59,649 nt of DNA from a virus. Lineage: Duplodnaviria; Caudoviricetes. Below are positions 9,204 through 18,407 of this stretch, one piece after another. Where the stretch lies: positions 1 to 59,649 of the IMG/VR virus record IMGVR_UViG_3300037089_000087, one strand, 5' to 3'. Made by a program: the position numbers and the translations under genes. The notes beneath the pieces are model-generated. The model did no database searches. It saw only the letters and a list, made by a program, of their open reading frames with translations, and was not told the origin of the DNA. The stretch's first letter is position 1, and each line of letters begins with the position of its first letter.

Positions 9204-9410
9204 ATGGGGATACCAGTAGGACATAAAGAGTGCGAAACATGCCATGGTGCTGGTACGGTTGAGATTGCAGTACAATGTAAACGATGTCGAGGTACGGGTA
9301 TGAGGAATGGAGAAATGTGTTGTTCTGGCTGGGACTCCATGGACGTTCCGTGTGAGGATTGTGACGGCTTGGGGTATGTGGAGGACGAGGACTATGAGCC
9401 AACAAAGTGA
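9204..9410 (+). CDS. DnaJ-type zinc-finger small protein
   Basis: CETCHGAG, CKRCRGTG, CEDCDGLG (CxxCxGxG repeats). Confidence 0.7.
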   Translation: MGIPVGHKECETCHGAGTVEIAVQCKRCRGTGMRNGEMCCSGWDSMDVPCEDCDGLGYVEDEDYEPTK

Positions 9411-9617
9411 TATGATTGGTGACAAATCTCAATTCGAGAATCGCGGTATGGACGAGCAGTTGTTTCAAATATATATTTGCCCTATATGTAAATATGACTG
9501 CGATATCCCGATTACATATGAGCCGTCCATTGGTGGATTTTTACCTATCGATTTGAGCGAGACTCTATGTCCGCATTGCGATGAAGTTTATATGGAGAAA
9601 TCATAAAGGAGAAAACA

Positions 9618-10949
9618 ATGAAAATCATACAATTTAACGCAGAGAACGTAAAGAAAATTAAGGCGGTAGAAATCAAGCCAAGCTCGTATGTTGTTGAAAT
9701 ATCAGGAAAAAATGAGAACGGAAAAACAAGTTTGCTTGATGCCATCTATTATGCTCTTGGTGGAAAGGAAGCATTGAAGAGTACGGCAAAGCCCATTCGT
9801 TCCGGTGAAAAATCGGCCAAGATTAAACTAGACCTTGGAGATGTCATTGTGGAAAGACGGTTCACCGAAAAGGACTCATATCTTTCCGTGACAACGAAAG
9901 AAGGTGCGAAGTTTCCAAGTCCGCAAGCGTTACTTGATACCATGGTAGGTCGTATTTCTTTTGACCCGTTGGCGTTTGCGAACATGGACGATGGAAGCGC
10001 AGACGGCAAGAGAAGGCAAAAGGAAGACCTGATAAAGCTTGTCGATTTAGGGATAGATTTAAAGGTTTGGTCTAAAGACCGTCAGGATGCCGTTGACAGC
10101 CGAGCCATGATTGGCAGGAATGTCGATGCGTTCAAGAGCCAGTTGAAGCTCATGGGAGAGGTCAGGGATGACGTTCCAGCAGAGGAAGTCAGTATATCCC
10201 AACTGACCGAGGAGTTCAAGACGGCTCAGGACAAGAAGTCAGATAACGACAAGAAACGTCTTGCTCTGGAGACGAAGCGCGGTGATGCTCAGTCTCTACA
10301 ACACGATATAAAGAACCGAGCAAAAACCATCGAATCTATGAGGGCGAACCTGAAAGAGCTGGAAGAGGCTCAAATTGAGGGTCATAAAGCACTTCAAGTA
10401 ATGGTCACAGAAGGCCAGAGATTATCCAAAGAAGTCGAGGTGTTACAAGACCCAGACATTGACTCTATCACCAAGAAGATGAGCGGTGCCGAGGAAAACA
10501 ACCGGATGGTTCGCATAAAGGCGAAGCGTAACGAACTCACGGAAGGTCTGGCAACGGAAGAAACGGCATACAATACCAAGACCGCCGAAATTGACGCGCT
10601 TGATAAGAAAAAGTCCGATGCGCTCAAGAACGCCAAATTCCCGATTCAACATCTGTCGTTCAACGATGAGGGCGTTCTGTATAAAGACATACCATTTGCT
10701 CAATGCTCGTCTGCCGAGCGTCTTCAGGTATCATTGGCAATCGCTATGGCTATGAATCCTAAAATCAAGGTCATTCGCATAAAAGACGGAAGCCTTCTTG
10801 ATGCAGAGCATATGAAGCTTATAGAAAAGATGGCTCATGAAAAGGACTTCCAGATTTGGATAGAAGTAACGTCTAATGACGACAAAATTGGGATTGTAAT
10901 TTCTGATGGAACAATTATTAAAAATAATTACGACAAGAAAGACATCTAA
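9618..10949 (+). CDS. SMC/Rad50-like coiled-coil ATPase
   Basis: Walker A GKNENGKTS, long coiled coil, signature-like CSSAE, IKDGSLLD. Confidence 0.85.
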   Translation: MKIIQFNAENVKKIKAVEIKPSSYVVEISGKNENGKTSLLDAIYYALGGKEALKSTAKPIRSGEKSAKIKLDLGDVIVERRFTEKDSYLSVTTKEGAKFPSPQALLDTMVGRISFDPLAFANMDDGSADGKRRQKEDLIKLVDLGIDLKVWSKDRQDAVDSRAMIGRNVDAFKSQLKLMGEVRDDVPAEEVSISQLTEEFKTAQDKKSDNDKKRLALETKRGDAQSLQHDIKNRAKTIESMRANLKELEEAQIEGHKALQVMVTEGQRLSKEVEVLQDPDIDSITKKMSGAEENNRMVRIKAKRNELTEGLATEETAYNTKTAEIDALDKKKSDALKNAKFPIQHLSFNDEGVLYKDIPFAQCSSAERLQVSLAIAMAMNPKIKVIRIKDGSLLDAEHMKLIEKMAHEKDFQIWIEVTSNDDKIGIVISDGTIIKNNYDKKDI

Positions 10950-11571
10950 GCCAAGGACAGTTGCTTGCAGTATTTGCGAGAAGGAATTTGAGACAACTCA
11001 TTCTCAGGCGAAATATTGCCATACGCCATGCGGTGGAATTCTGAGGCAAGAGCCGTATGAACCAAAGTTTGTTCCGTGCGGAATTTGCGGAAAAGATTTT
11101 TTTGCAGTCTATCCTTGGCAAAAATATTGCCCAGAAACATGCAAACATATTGCGAGAAAAAAAGATTATGCAAGATATACCAAAACCCATAAAGACATTA
11201 GGCAGAGATATTACCTTGCAAATCGCCAAGAGATTTACAAGAAAGCCAAGCAATATAGCATGACTGCTGTTGGACGTGAAGTTCAGAAAAGGGCTGACAT
11301 AAAAAGAAGAGAAAAAGATGAAGAAAAAGTTCTTGCAAGGAGAAAAATAAGTGATGCTATTAGACTGGGGAAATTGGAAAGAATGCCATGCAGTATTTGT
11401 GGTTATAAAAACGCACAGGCGCATCATCCCGATTATTCTAAACCTTTTTTGATAGCATGGCTATGTAAAATATGCCACAGAAGAGAACACGCAAACATTA
11501 AAGAAAGGGAGAAAAACAATGGAACAGAAATCAAAACAGATACAAACATCCAATGCAACACCGGAACCTAA
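10906..11571 (+). CDS. Zinc-finger/HNH-like putative homing endonuclease
   Basis: Two CxxC..YC repeats and C-terminal CSICG..AHHPDYSKP..WLCKICH. Confidence 0.7.
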   Translation: MEQLLKIITTRKTSKPRTVACSICEKEFETTHSQAKYCHTPCGGILRQEPYEPKFVPCGICGKDFFAVYPWQKYCPETCKHIARKKDYARYTKTHKDIRQRYYLANRQEIYKKAKQYSMTAVGREVQKRADIKRREKDEEKVLARRKISDAIRLGKLERMPCSICGYKNAQAHHPDYSKPFLIAWLCKICHRREHANIKEREKNNGTEIKTDTNIQCNTGT

Positions 11572-12550
11572 CAAAGATAAGACTGTAGCGAAACTTGAGA
11601 CGAAAGTCGTGCAATCATTCTTGGCTGATTTGATTATGCCAATCAAGGAAAACTTTCTCAAGGTTTCCGATAATGAGACGTGGGTAAAAGAAGGGGCATA
11701 TGCGACACAGGCACTCATGGCAAACTCATATCTACTGGAGGTTGCAAAAGAAAACCAACAGAGCTTGAAAAATGCTATTTTCAACTTGGCATTAATCGGC
11801 ATCACGCTTAATCCGGTAAAGCAGTTGGCGTTTCTTGTACCTCGAAAGGTCATGGGAAAAAGGATGGTATGCCTAGACATATCCTATCGAGGTCTTGCCG
11901 GAATTGCCATGGATTCTGGTAGTGTCAAGCATATCACTCCGTATATCGTTTATACATTTGACGATTACTTTTCCTATGAGGTTGTTGACGGAGTGGCACA
12001 TACCAAGCACAAAAAGAGTATGAGTCCACCTGAAGACTTTATTAAAAACATGTCTGGTACATTCTGGAAATATCTTTTGTGCGGATATCTTTCCGCTATT
12101 CTGCACGATGGAACGGTGATTACTACCGAACCGCATCCGAAATGGAAACTTGAAAAGGCCATGAAAACATCAAAGACCGTTTCTGATGATACGCCATGGA
12201 GAACGCACCCAGACGAAATGTGCATGAAGACCCTTGTAAAACACGCCTCAAAGCTCATGCCACAAACCGATAGATTAAGCCAAGCGGTTGCCATTCTTAA
12301 CGAGCACGAGGGCATCGATACAGAGCCAAAGCAGGAATCTAAACTGGAAGAACGGCTCAATACCAAGGTGAGTGAGGGAAACTATAACGCTCCACCAGAG
12401 CAACCGATTGGAGAAACCAAGAAAGAGCCAGAGAAGATTGTCGAGGGCGTTGTAATCAGCGATGCCGAGGCTGAAGCGATACGACAGCGCGAGATAAAAG
12501 AGTCACGAGGTAACACGGTGGATATAAAAAAGGAAGGAAAACTGTTCTAG
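11519..12550 (+). CDS. recT: RecT-family single-strand annealing recombinase
   Basis: GITLNPVKQLAFLVPR, LDISYRGL, PWRTHPDEMCMKTLVKHASKLMP. Confidence 0.9.
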   Translation: MEQKSKQIQTSNATPEPNKDKTVAKLETKVVQSFLADLIMPIKENFLKVSDNETWVKEGAYATQALMANSYLLEVAKENQQSLKNAIFNLALIGITLNPVKQLAFLVPRKVMGKRMVCLDISYRGLAGIAMDSGSVKHITPYIVYTFDDYFSYEVVDGVAHTKHKKSMSPPEDFIKNMSGTFWKYLLCGYLSAILHDGTVITTEPHPKWKLEKAMKTSKTVSDDTPWRTHPDEMCMKTLVKHASKLMPQTDRLSQAVAILNEHEGIDTEPKQESKLEERLNTKVSEGNYNAPPEQPIGETKKEPEKIVEGVVISDAEAEAIRQREIKESRGNTVDIKKEGKLF

Positions 12551-12692
12551 GGCTTGCCCGTAATGGATTGAGCCGTGGTTTACTGTCAAGTTTTCCAATG
12601 GCTCTCCGATGGGCGAGATTGCTGGCGGGTGCGTAATCCTTTTCCGCACCTGCCACTCTTTAAATTGAAATGAGCCGTCTGGAGGTGTTGCA

Positions 12693-14602
12693 ATGCCACA
12701 AAGAGAAAATATTATCAAAAACGAATGCAAGCTCGATAATGGTGAAATCAGAGAATATGATGCCTGCTCAGACAATAAACGAGCATATAATGCCAAACAC
12801 TTCAAGTTAATAGGTCGTGGGACGGTATATAGCGTGAACGGAGTATTGCAAGAATTCACTCACAAACAATATTTTTTCACAAAAAAGTTCATGAACCGTC
12901 TGGAGATGTAAAAATGTTTATCAAAGCAAGTCTATTATACTATGCACATGCAATAGACAGATTGACAGTACAGAGAAATCAGCTTATCCATGAAATAGAA
13001 GATAGGCAAGAACGGCTCATAGATTACAATAACAGATTAGACGCTCTGCGTAAAAAATTGAGACAGAAACAGAGGTGATATAATGAGTAAGCCGTTTAAT
13101 CAGACACTTGAAAGTTTCCTAGAATGTAACTGTTCAGATGAATATTCCATTGAGCCTCACGGAAATGGCTATGCGCTCTATTTTGGTCGTTGTAATCATC
13201 GCCATGGGTATAATATTCTTCATATAACGGAAGTTGATAACCCGAAATTTATATTTCCAAAAATACTGAAAGGATTAAACCAATGAACCTACAAAAGAAG
13301 CTCTACATAGCGAACGGGAGATGGCTAGACAGACAGCACATATACGTCTGCGGTTACAGCAAGGCCGATGCGATACGCATACTGGAAGAACTTGCTGGTG
13401 GCGTTAGAGGTATGAAAGCCGAGATGAATAAATACTTTTCAAAAGGATGCTGGGGAACGACAATGGCAGGTATAGTGCCAGAGCGCGGTGCGTGGGTCGC
13501 GGATGAAAAGTTCGGAAGCTCACCGAAACGCATCTATCCTGTTGGAGACGAGACGGTCATCAAGAAAGACCATTATCAAGAAGACCCAACCTTCCCATTA
13601 CATATCCCATGCTGTAATTGTGTGAGCCGTGATATTGCTTTAAAAGAGTCTCCATGTGAAAGGTGTACTCATTATATGGGGTAAGATGTTGTGAGCCGTA
13701 TTTTCTAAAAAATCGATACCGCGAGGAGGTAACAAAAATGCCAGAAATAAAGATTACGCAAAATCCGTGTACGCAATGCGGAGAGAACGAGTCAACACAG
13801 AACGGTCTATTATGTCTAGCATGCATCACCAAGAACCTCGAAATGCTTCACGAACTTATCGGTAAATCCATCGAGTCAGGTAAGAGCCAAGTCGCGGACT
13901 TGCTGGATAACCATATTACCGATATCGAGATGGCATACATGAAGTCATGCGAAGACCTGTCCATCAGCTTTTCCATGAAGTTCTCGAAGTCAGAAAAGAG
14001 CAACACCATCGATGTCAAGACCAAAATACGGTTCATATCAGAAACGATTCAAGACGGAGTTATGACCGAGGTCACGCATCAGGAAAAACTGCCGTTATGA
14101 CAACTCATCAGCAGAAAGTATTAGCAGACCAAAAATACTGGACACCAACGCTTACGATTCCACCGAAAACTCTTGCGTGGGTCGTGTTCTACTGTTTCGT
14201 CATAGAAATCGTCATCAAGGGGTTCGGTAGGTTGTTGGCGGTGATATTTTAGGAGGACAGAATATGGTAGAAATCTCAGTAGTCATGGCAAGAGGTGCTG
14301 GGGGAGCACAAGACGATGATACTCCGCTCGAAAAGTTACTACGAGATTTTGCAAACCTTCATGGTGCTAAAAACGAATGGTCAGAAAAATACGGCACAGA
14401 TTATGAAGATGATGTTGTTATGATGCACACGTATTGCTGGTGCGATGAGGCGCTATGCAAGTGGTGCGGTGGAGATGAGCCGAATTTTCGTTACAAGCCA
14501 ACGGGATTTGAAGTAACATGGTATAAATATATCGGCAGGGACATGAAGCATCGTCCAATATCGTCCGAAGAAGTCGCAGAAATGCGTAAGAAATTATTTT
14601 GA
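12693..14602 (+). other. Hypothetical early genes (12693-12911, 13083-13286, 13283-13684, 13738-14100, 14097-14252, 14264-14602)
   Basis: RBS-preceded, closely packed ORFs. Confidence 0.55.
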
Positions 14603-14603
14603 G

Positions 14604-14798
14604 CGTACAGGGTCGAGGCTATTTGGCGACCTCAAAAGGGTGGTAGTTTTTTCGGTTGAGCGTCAACCGACAACAACGGTATGCCATGGCACCTTACCGT
14701 TTGGACAAACAATAAGCCAACCGTTCTGAAATGCTCGGACTATTGGCCGAATCGACCATGAATCGGCGTAGGAGATTACGAGCCGAAAACCCTGTACG
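14604..14798 (+). ncRNA. Candidate structured ncRNA closed by a 10-bp terminal stem
   Basis: CGTACAGGGT (14604-14613) pairs with ACCCTGTACG (14789-14798); internal hairpins TCGGTTGA/TCAACCGA and AACGGTA/TACCGTT. Confidence 0.5.
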
Positions 14799-15215
14799 GT
14801 CATTTAAGGAGGTAATATGCGTAGATTGAGAAGCCTAAATTTATCTGATGTAAACAGAACCTTGCTAAGAAGACAAGGTGTGTATGTTCTTGGTGTGCTT
14901 GATGCTGCAAACCTAGCAAACGAACTTTATGCAAGTTCATCATCGCATCCGTTTGCCATAGGAGATTGCATATTGGCAAAATTAAATTTGCTTCATCCGA
15001 AAATGAAACCACGAAGAAACATAAATAGGAGACAGGAAAAGATATGACTCAGAAAATAATCATCATAGAAACATGCAGGGAATGCACTCATTGTGGGTGT
15101 AAACTTATCACTATAAAAGATATTTGGTGTACCAAGATGAAGAAGTATATCAAAAATGCGGAAATTCCAGAGGATTGCCCTCTTGAGGAATTGCAAGACT
15201 ATGTATAAATTTCGC

Positions 15216-15245
15216 TTGACTTTGCTGACCATTCTGTGCTATCTT
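15216..15245 (+). promoter_or_regulatory. Possible sigma70-type promoter upstream of HNH/ssb
   Basis: TTGACT-18 nt-TATCTT with TG extended -10. Confidence 0.45.
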
Positions 15246-15343
15246 CAGATGGTGTACGAGATTGATGTTATGATTCCCGTGTGTATCGGCGCGTTCTGTA
15301 TAGAACGCTATGTTCAATTCATATGTAAAGAAAACGTTGGGGT

Positions 15344-16003
15344 GTGATAGTGACTAAACGGATTAAACATGAACTTCCAAGAGAATACTGGTCGGAAGAA
15401 CAGATGAAACGGCTCATTTCGCTATGTTGGGATGGTGAAACCGATAAGAAACTAGCAGAAATACTCAAAAGAACACCATATTCCATACACAGCATTAGGA
15501 GAAAACAAGGCGTTCCATATAAAACAATTCCGCTCATCATAAGATTGATGAACAAAGTAGAAATGATTCCCGAATCCGGTTGTTGGATATGGATGGGGGC
15601 ATGTAATAATAAAGGATACGGACAAATTAATAACGGGATAAGAAAAGAATTAGCACATAGGTTGTTTTATAAAGTGCACGGTGGGATATTGCCAGATGAT
15701 GTTTGCTTGCTTCATGATTGCGATACACCTCTATGCGTTAATCCGCATCATATGTTTAAGGGAACCATGAAAGATAATACACAAGACATGCTCAAGAAGC
15801 ATAGAAATAATAACGCAAAAGGAGAAAAAAATCCGGCATATAAACATATTACCGTAGACATGATGTTGGATGCCATTCAAAATTCACCTAATAAAAAAAT
15901 AGCATCTAGGGCTTTGGGAATCTCAACTGAAACATTGAGAAGTAAAATAAGACTTTACAAAATAGAAAGAGAGGTAGAATTATGCCAAGTTATTGCAAAG
16001 TAG
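15344..16003 (+). CDS. HNH homing endonuclease
   Basis: SGCWIWMGA..GYG..LAHR..LHDCDTPLCVNPHHM..GTMKDN. Confidence 0.9.
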   Translation: MIVTKRIKHELPREYWSEEQMKRLISLCWDGETDKKLAEILKRTPYSIHSIRRKQGVPYKTIPLIIRLMNKVEMIPESGCWIWMGACNNKGYGQINNGIRKELAHRLFYKVHGGILPDDVCLLHDCDTPLCVNPHHMFKGTMKDNTQDMLKKHRNNNAKGEKNPAYKHITVDMMLDAIQNSPNKKIASRALGISTETLRSKIRLYKIEREVELCQVIAK

Positions 16004-16404
16004 TCGCCGTAGGTAACATGACTCGGCCAGTAGAGGTGCGTTTTGCTCCATCAGGAACCGCGGTGGCAACTTTCACCGTAGCCATCAATCACAAGTATAA
16101 GGCAGATGGAGAAACTAAGGAAGATGTAGTTTTTCTGGATGTTGTAGCGTTTGCCAAAACCGCCGAGTCGTGTGGTAAATATCTGGATAAGGGAAGTTTG
16201 GTTCTCATAGAAGGTCGCCTGTCACAAAGAAAATGGGAAGATAAGGAAACGGGTGCCAAGAGAAGCAAAATAGAACTGAATGCCCAGAATGTTGTGTTCC
16301 TTAGCGCGAAGAAGAATCAAGGTGCGGACGGCTCACAACAAGAGCGACAAGATGCGTCTGAAGTTCAATCTGACGAAATTCCTTTTAGCGGAGAGGACGC
16401 ATGA
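15982..16404 (+). CDS. ssb: Single-stranded DNA-binding protein
   Basis: VGNMTRPVEVRF, YLDKGSLVLIEGRL, acidic tail DEIPF. Confidence 0.95.
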   Translation: MPSYCKVVAVGNMTRPVEVRFAPSGTAVATFTVAINHKYKADGETKEDVVFLDVVAFAKTAESCGKYLDKGSLVLIEGRLSQRKWEDKETGAKRSKIELNAQNVVFLSAKKNQGADGSQQERQDASEVQSDEIPFSGEDA

Positions 16405-16934
16405 CAACCTCTTTAAAAACATGCTTTAAGTTCAATTTTTTAGATATAACTGGTCAGAAGTTTGGCGACCTTGTTGTGAAAAGCAGGACAGATAACGACA
16501 GCATAAGTGGTAATGCTAGATGGGTCTGCTTGTGTAAATGCGGAAATCTTACAACGGCTAGCGGAACAGAATTAAGAAATGGTCATAGAAGTAGTTGTGG
16601 GTGTAGTTGGCGCAACAAAACCCATGGTATGCAAGGAACGAAATTTTACCATGTTTGGTCTGGGATGAAAGATAGGTGTTTAAATCCAAACAATCCTTCG
16701 TATAAAAATTACGGTGGCCGTGGAATAACGATTGAGGACTCGCGTTGGATTCAATTTGAGAATTTCCGTGACGATATGTATAAAGAGTATCTTGCACATG
16801 TAGCGACATTCGGAAAGTCACAAACAACAATAGAAAGAAAGGATAATAACCGTGGCTACTGCAAAGAAAACTGCACTTGGGCTACATGCAGAGAACAACA
16901 ACTGAACCGTAGAAGAACGAAGGTGAAAAAATGA
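16401..16934 (+). CDS. HNH-like homing endonuclease
   Basis: DITGQKFG, WVCLCKCGN, SCGC, MKDRCLNP..YGGRGI, TIERKDNNRGYCKENCTWAT. Confidence 0.85.
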   Translation: MTTSLKTCFKFNFLDITGQKFGDLVVKSRTDNDSISGNARWVCLCKCGNLTTASGTELRNGHRSSCGCSWRNKTHGMQGTKFYHVWSGMKDRCLNPNNPSYKNYGGRGITIEDSRWIQFENFRDDMYKEYLAHVATFGKSQTTIERKDNNRGYCKENCTWATCREQQLNRRRTKVKK

Positions 16935-17359
16935 AAAGGATATTTATTATAGCTTTATTTGGGTTCATGTTGTTCGGCTATACATCGGTACGGGCAGAGG
17001 ATATATATGAGCCAAAACCGTCTAGGTTCGTCCAGAAGTCATTTATAGTGCTGCCGGGAACGGAAATATATGTGGCACCGGAGATAGCGGAATACGACTT
17101 GTATTTTTTCCAAGACTGGTTCTGGCAGAAGCATGGACTAGACTGGTGGCGCACTCGTGGCTGGAATAACAGGTGGACGAGGTACTACCTCATTCCAAAG
17201 TTCGTGAGAGAGGTTCCTAGGGACTGGAGACAGCGTTATATGAGCCGTTCGTGGGATGGTAAGCCGTGGAAACCGAAGCTTATACCGTACAGCGGTTTGG
17301 AGCAGTATCAGAGAACATTACATCAGCAGAGGATGCACAGAAAGAAGGTAACGCGATGA
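16931..17359 (+). CDS. Secreted Trp/Tyr-rich protein
   Basis: Signal peptide ending VRA; WFW..WWR..W motif. Confidence 0.6.
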   Translation: MKRIFIIALFGFMLFGYTSVRAEDIYEPKPSRFVQKSFIVLPGTEIYVAPEIAEYDLYFFQDWFWQKHGLDWWRTRGWNNRWTRYYLIPKFVREVPRDWRQRYMSRSWDGKPWKPKLIPYSGLEQYQRTLHQQRMHRKKVTR

Positions 17360-18000
17360 TATATAAAGACTTGGCAAAATTAATTACTATTTATCTTTAC
17401 GACCATCTTCCACTTGGGGGCGTTGATACTTCTTATCTAGGACACATAGATGGTTGGGGAAGGATAATTACCATGTACCCACCACTACCAAGTAAACCTT
17501 ATGAGGTAGTTGTCAGGCAAAAAATAAATATACCCAATGATGGTTGTACTGAAGAACGCCCTGTATCATACTTTGGTGAACGGCTCATGGCAAGATTAAC
17601 GAGCCTTCACCCATTTAAGTGGAAAGCATTTGCTGGGCAAGTATTTGTTGCTCAATATACAATAACTCTTCTCTATGCTATCGTCATTGACGAAAGGAAG
17701 GTAGGAACCATGGATATCGTACAGGCGTGGAAAGCAAAAGAGGATAAGGTTCGCCCGTGGAGGGATGGAAAACTTTACAGAAAATCAAACTTTTATAGCT
17801 TCATACTCTTTGCAAGCTGTCTTTCAGAAATCGAGCGTCTTTCGGAAACATGGGAGATAGTAAGAGAACCCATCGAACATGCCAAGGTGGTTCAAGCTAT
17901 GCACGGTGGTCATTTGCAAATCTATAATCGTAATGGCAATGTTCACGATACATTCAATATACCAGACAATGCCGAAGTCACCGTGAAGTGGGAGGATTGA
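17356..18000 (+). CDS. Hypothetical protein
   Basis: ATGA overlap with the upstream gene; possible internal start at ~17709. Confidence 0.5.
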   Translation: MIYKDLAKLITIYLYDHLPLGGVDTSYLGHIDGWGRIITMYPPLPSKPYEVVVRQKINIPNDGCTEERPVSYFGERLMARLTSLHPFKWKAFAGQVFVAQYTITLLYAIVIDERKVGTMDIVQAWKAKEDKVRPWRDGKLYRKSNFYSFILFASCLSEIERLSETWEIVREPIEHAKVVQAMHGGHLQIYNRNGNVHDTFNIPDNAEVTVKWED

Positions 18001-18003
18001 GCC

Positions 18004-18219
18004 ATGACACTATGCGATGACGGTCACGAAAAGGTGTGCTACGAAGGAAAGAAGTGTCCGGTATGCTCAATGGGGAAAGAGCTATATGATGCTTTGAAAA
18101 CTGTCGAACGGCTCAATTCAGATATTGACGCTCTTAGCGGAGAAATAAAAAATCTTAAGCAGGAAATAAACGATGAGGTGAACTATCATGACCGAGTTAT
18201 TCTTGGAGACGGCTCATGA
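18004..18219 (+). CDS. Small zinc-binding coiled-coil protein (paralog A)
   Basis: MTLCDDGHEKVCYEGKKCPVC plus coiled coil. Confidence 0.7.
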   Translation: MTLCDDGHEKVCYEGKKCPVCSMGKELYDALKTVERLNSDIDALSGEIKNLKQEINDEVNYHDRVILGDGS

Positions 18220-18407
18220 CACTATGCGATAAAGACCACCAAGAGGTTTGTTTCGATGGAATGGAGTGTCCTGTCTGCCTTGAGTTTCTTGAGAATAAAC
18301 AGGATAAAAAAACTATTGAACGGCTCGAACAGGAAGTCTCAGATTTAAAGTCTGATAACGATGAACTTTTTTCGAGACTCTACGAGATTGAGGGGGACAA
18401 ATCATGA
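18216..18407 (+). CDS. Small zinc-binding coiled-coil protein (paralog B)
   Basis: MTLCDKDHQEVCFDGMECPVC plus coiled coil. Confidence 0.7.
   Translation: MTLCDKDHQEVCFDGMECPVCLEFLENKQDKKTIERLEQEVSDLKSDNDELFSRLYEIEGDKS

Noticed and set aside
15249-15347. Sixth leaderless gene after the 15216 promoter
   Set aside because: The ATG is only 3 nt after the -10 box, too close to be the start site; the promoter more likely serves the HNH/ssb genes.
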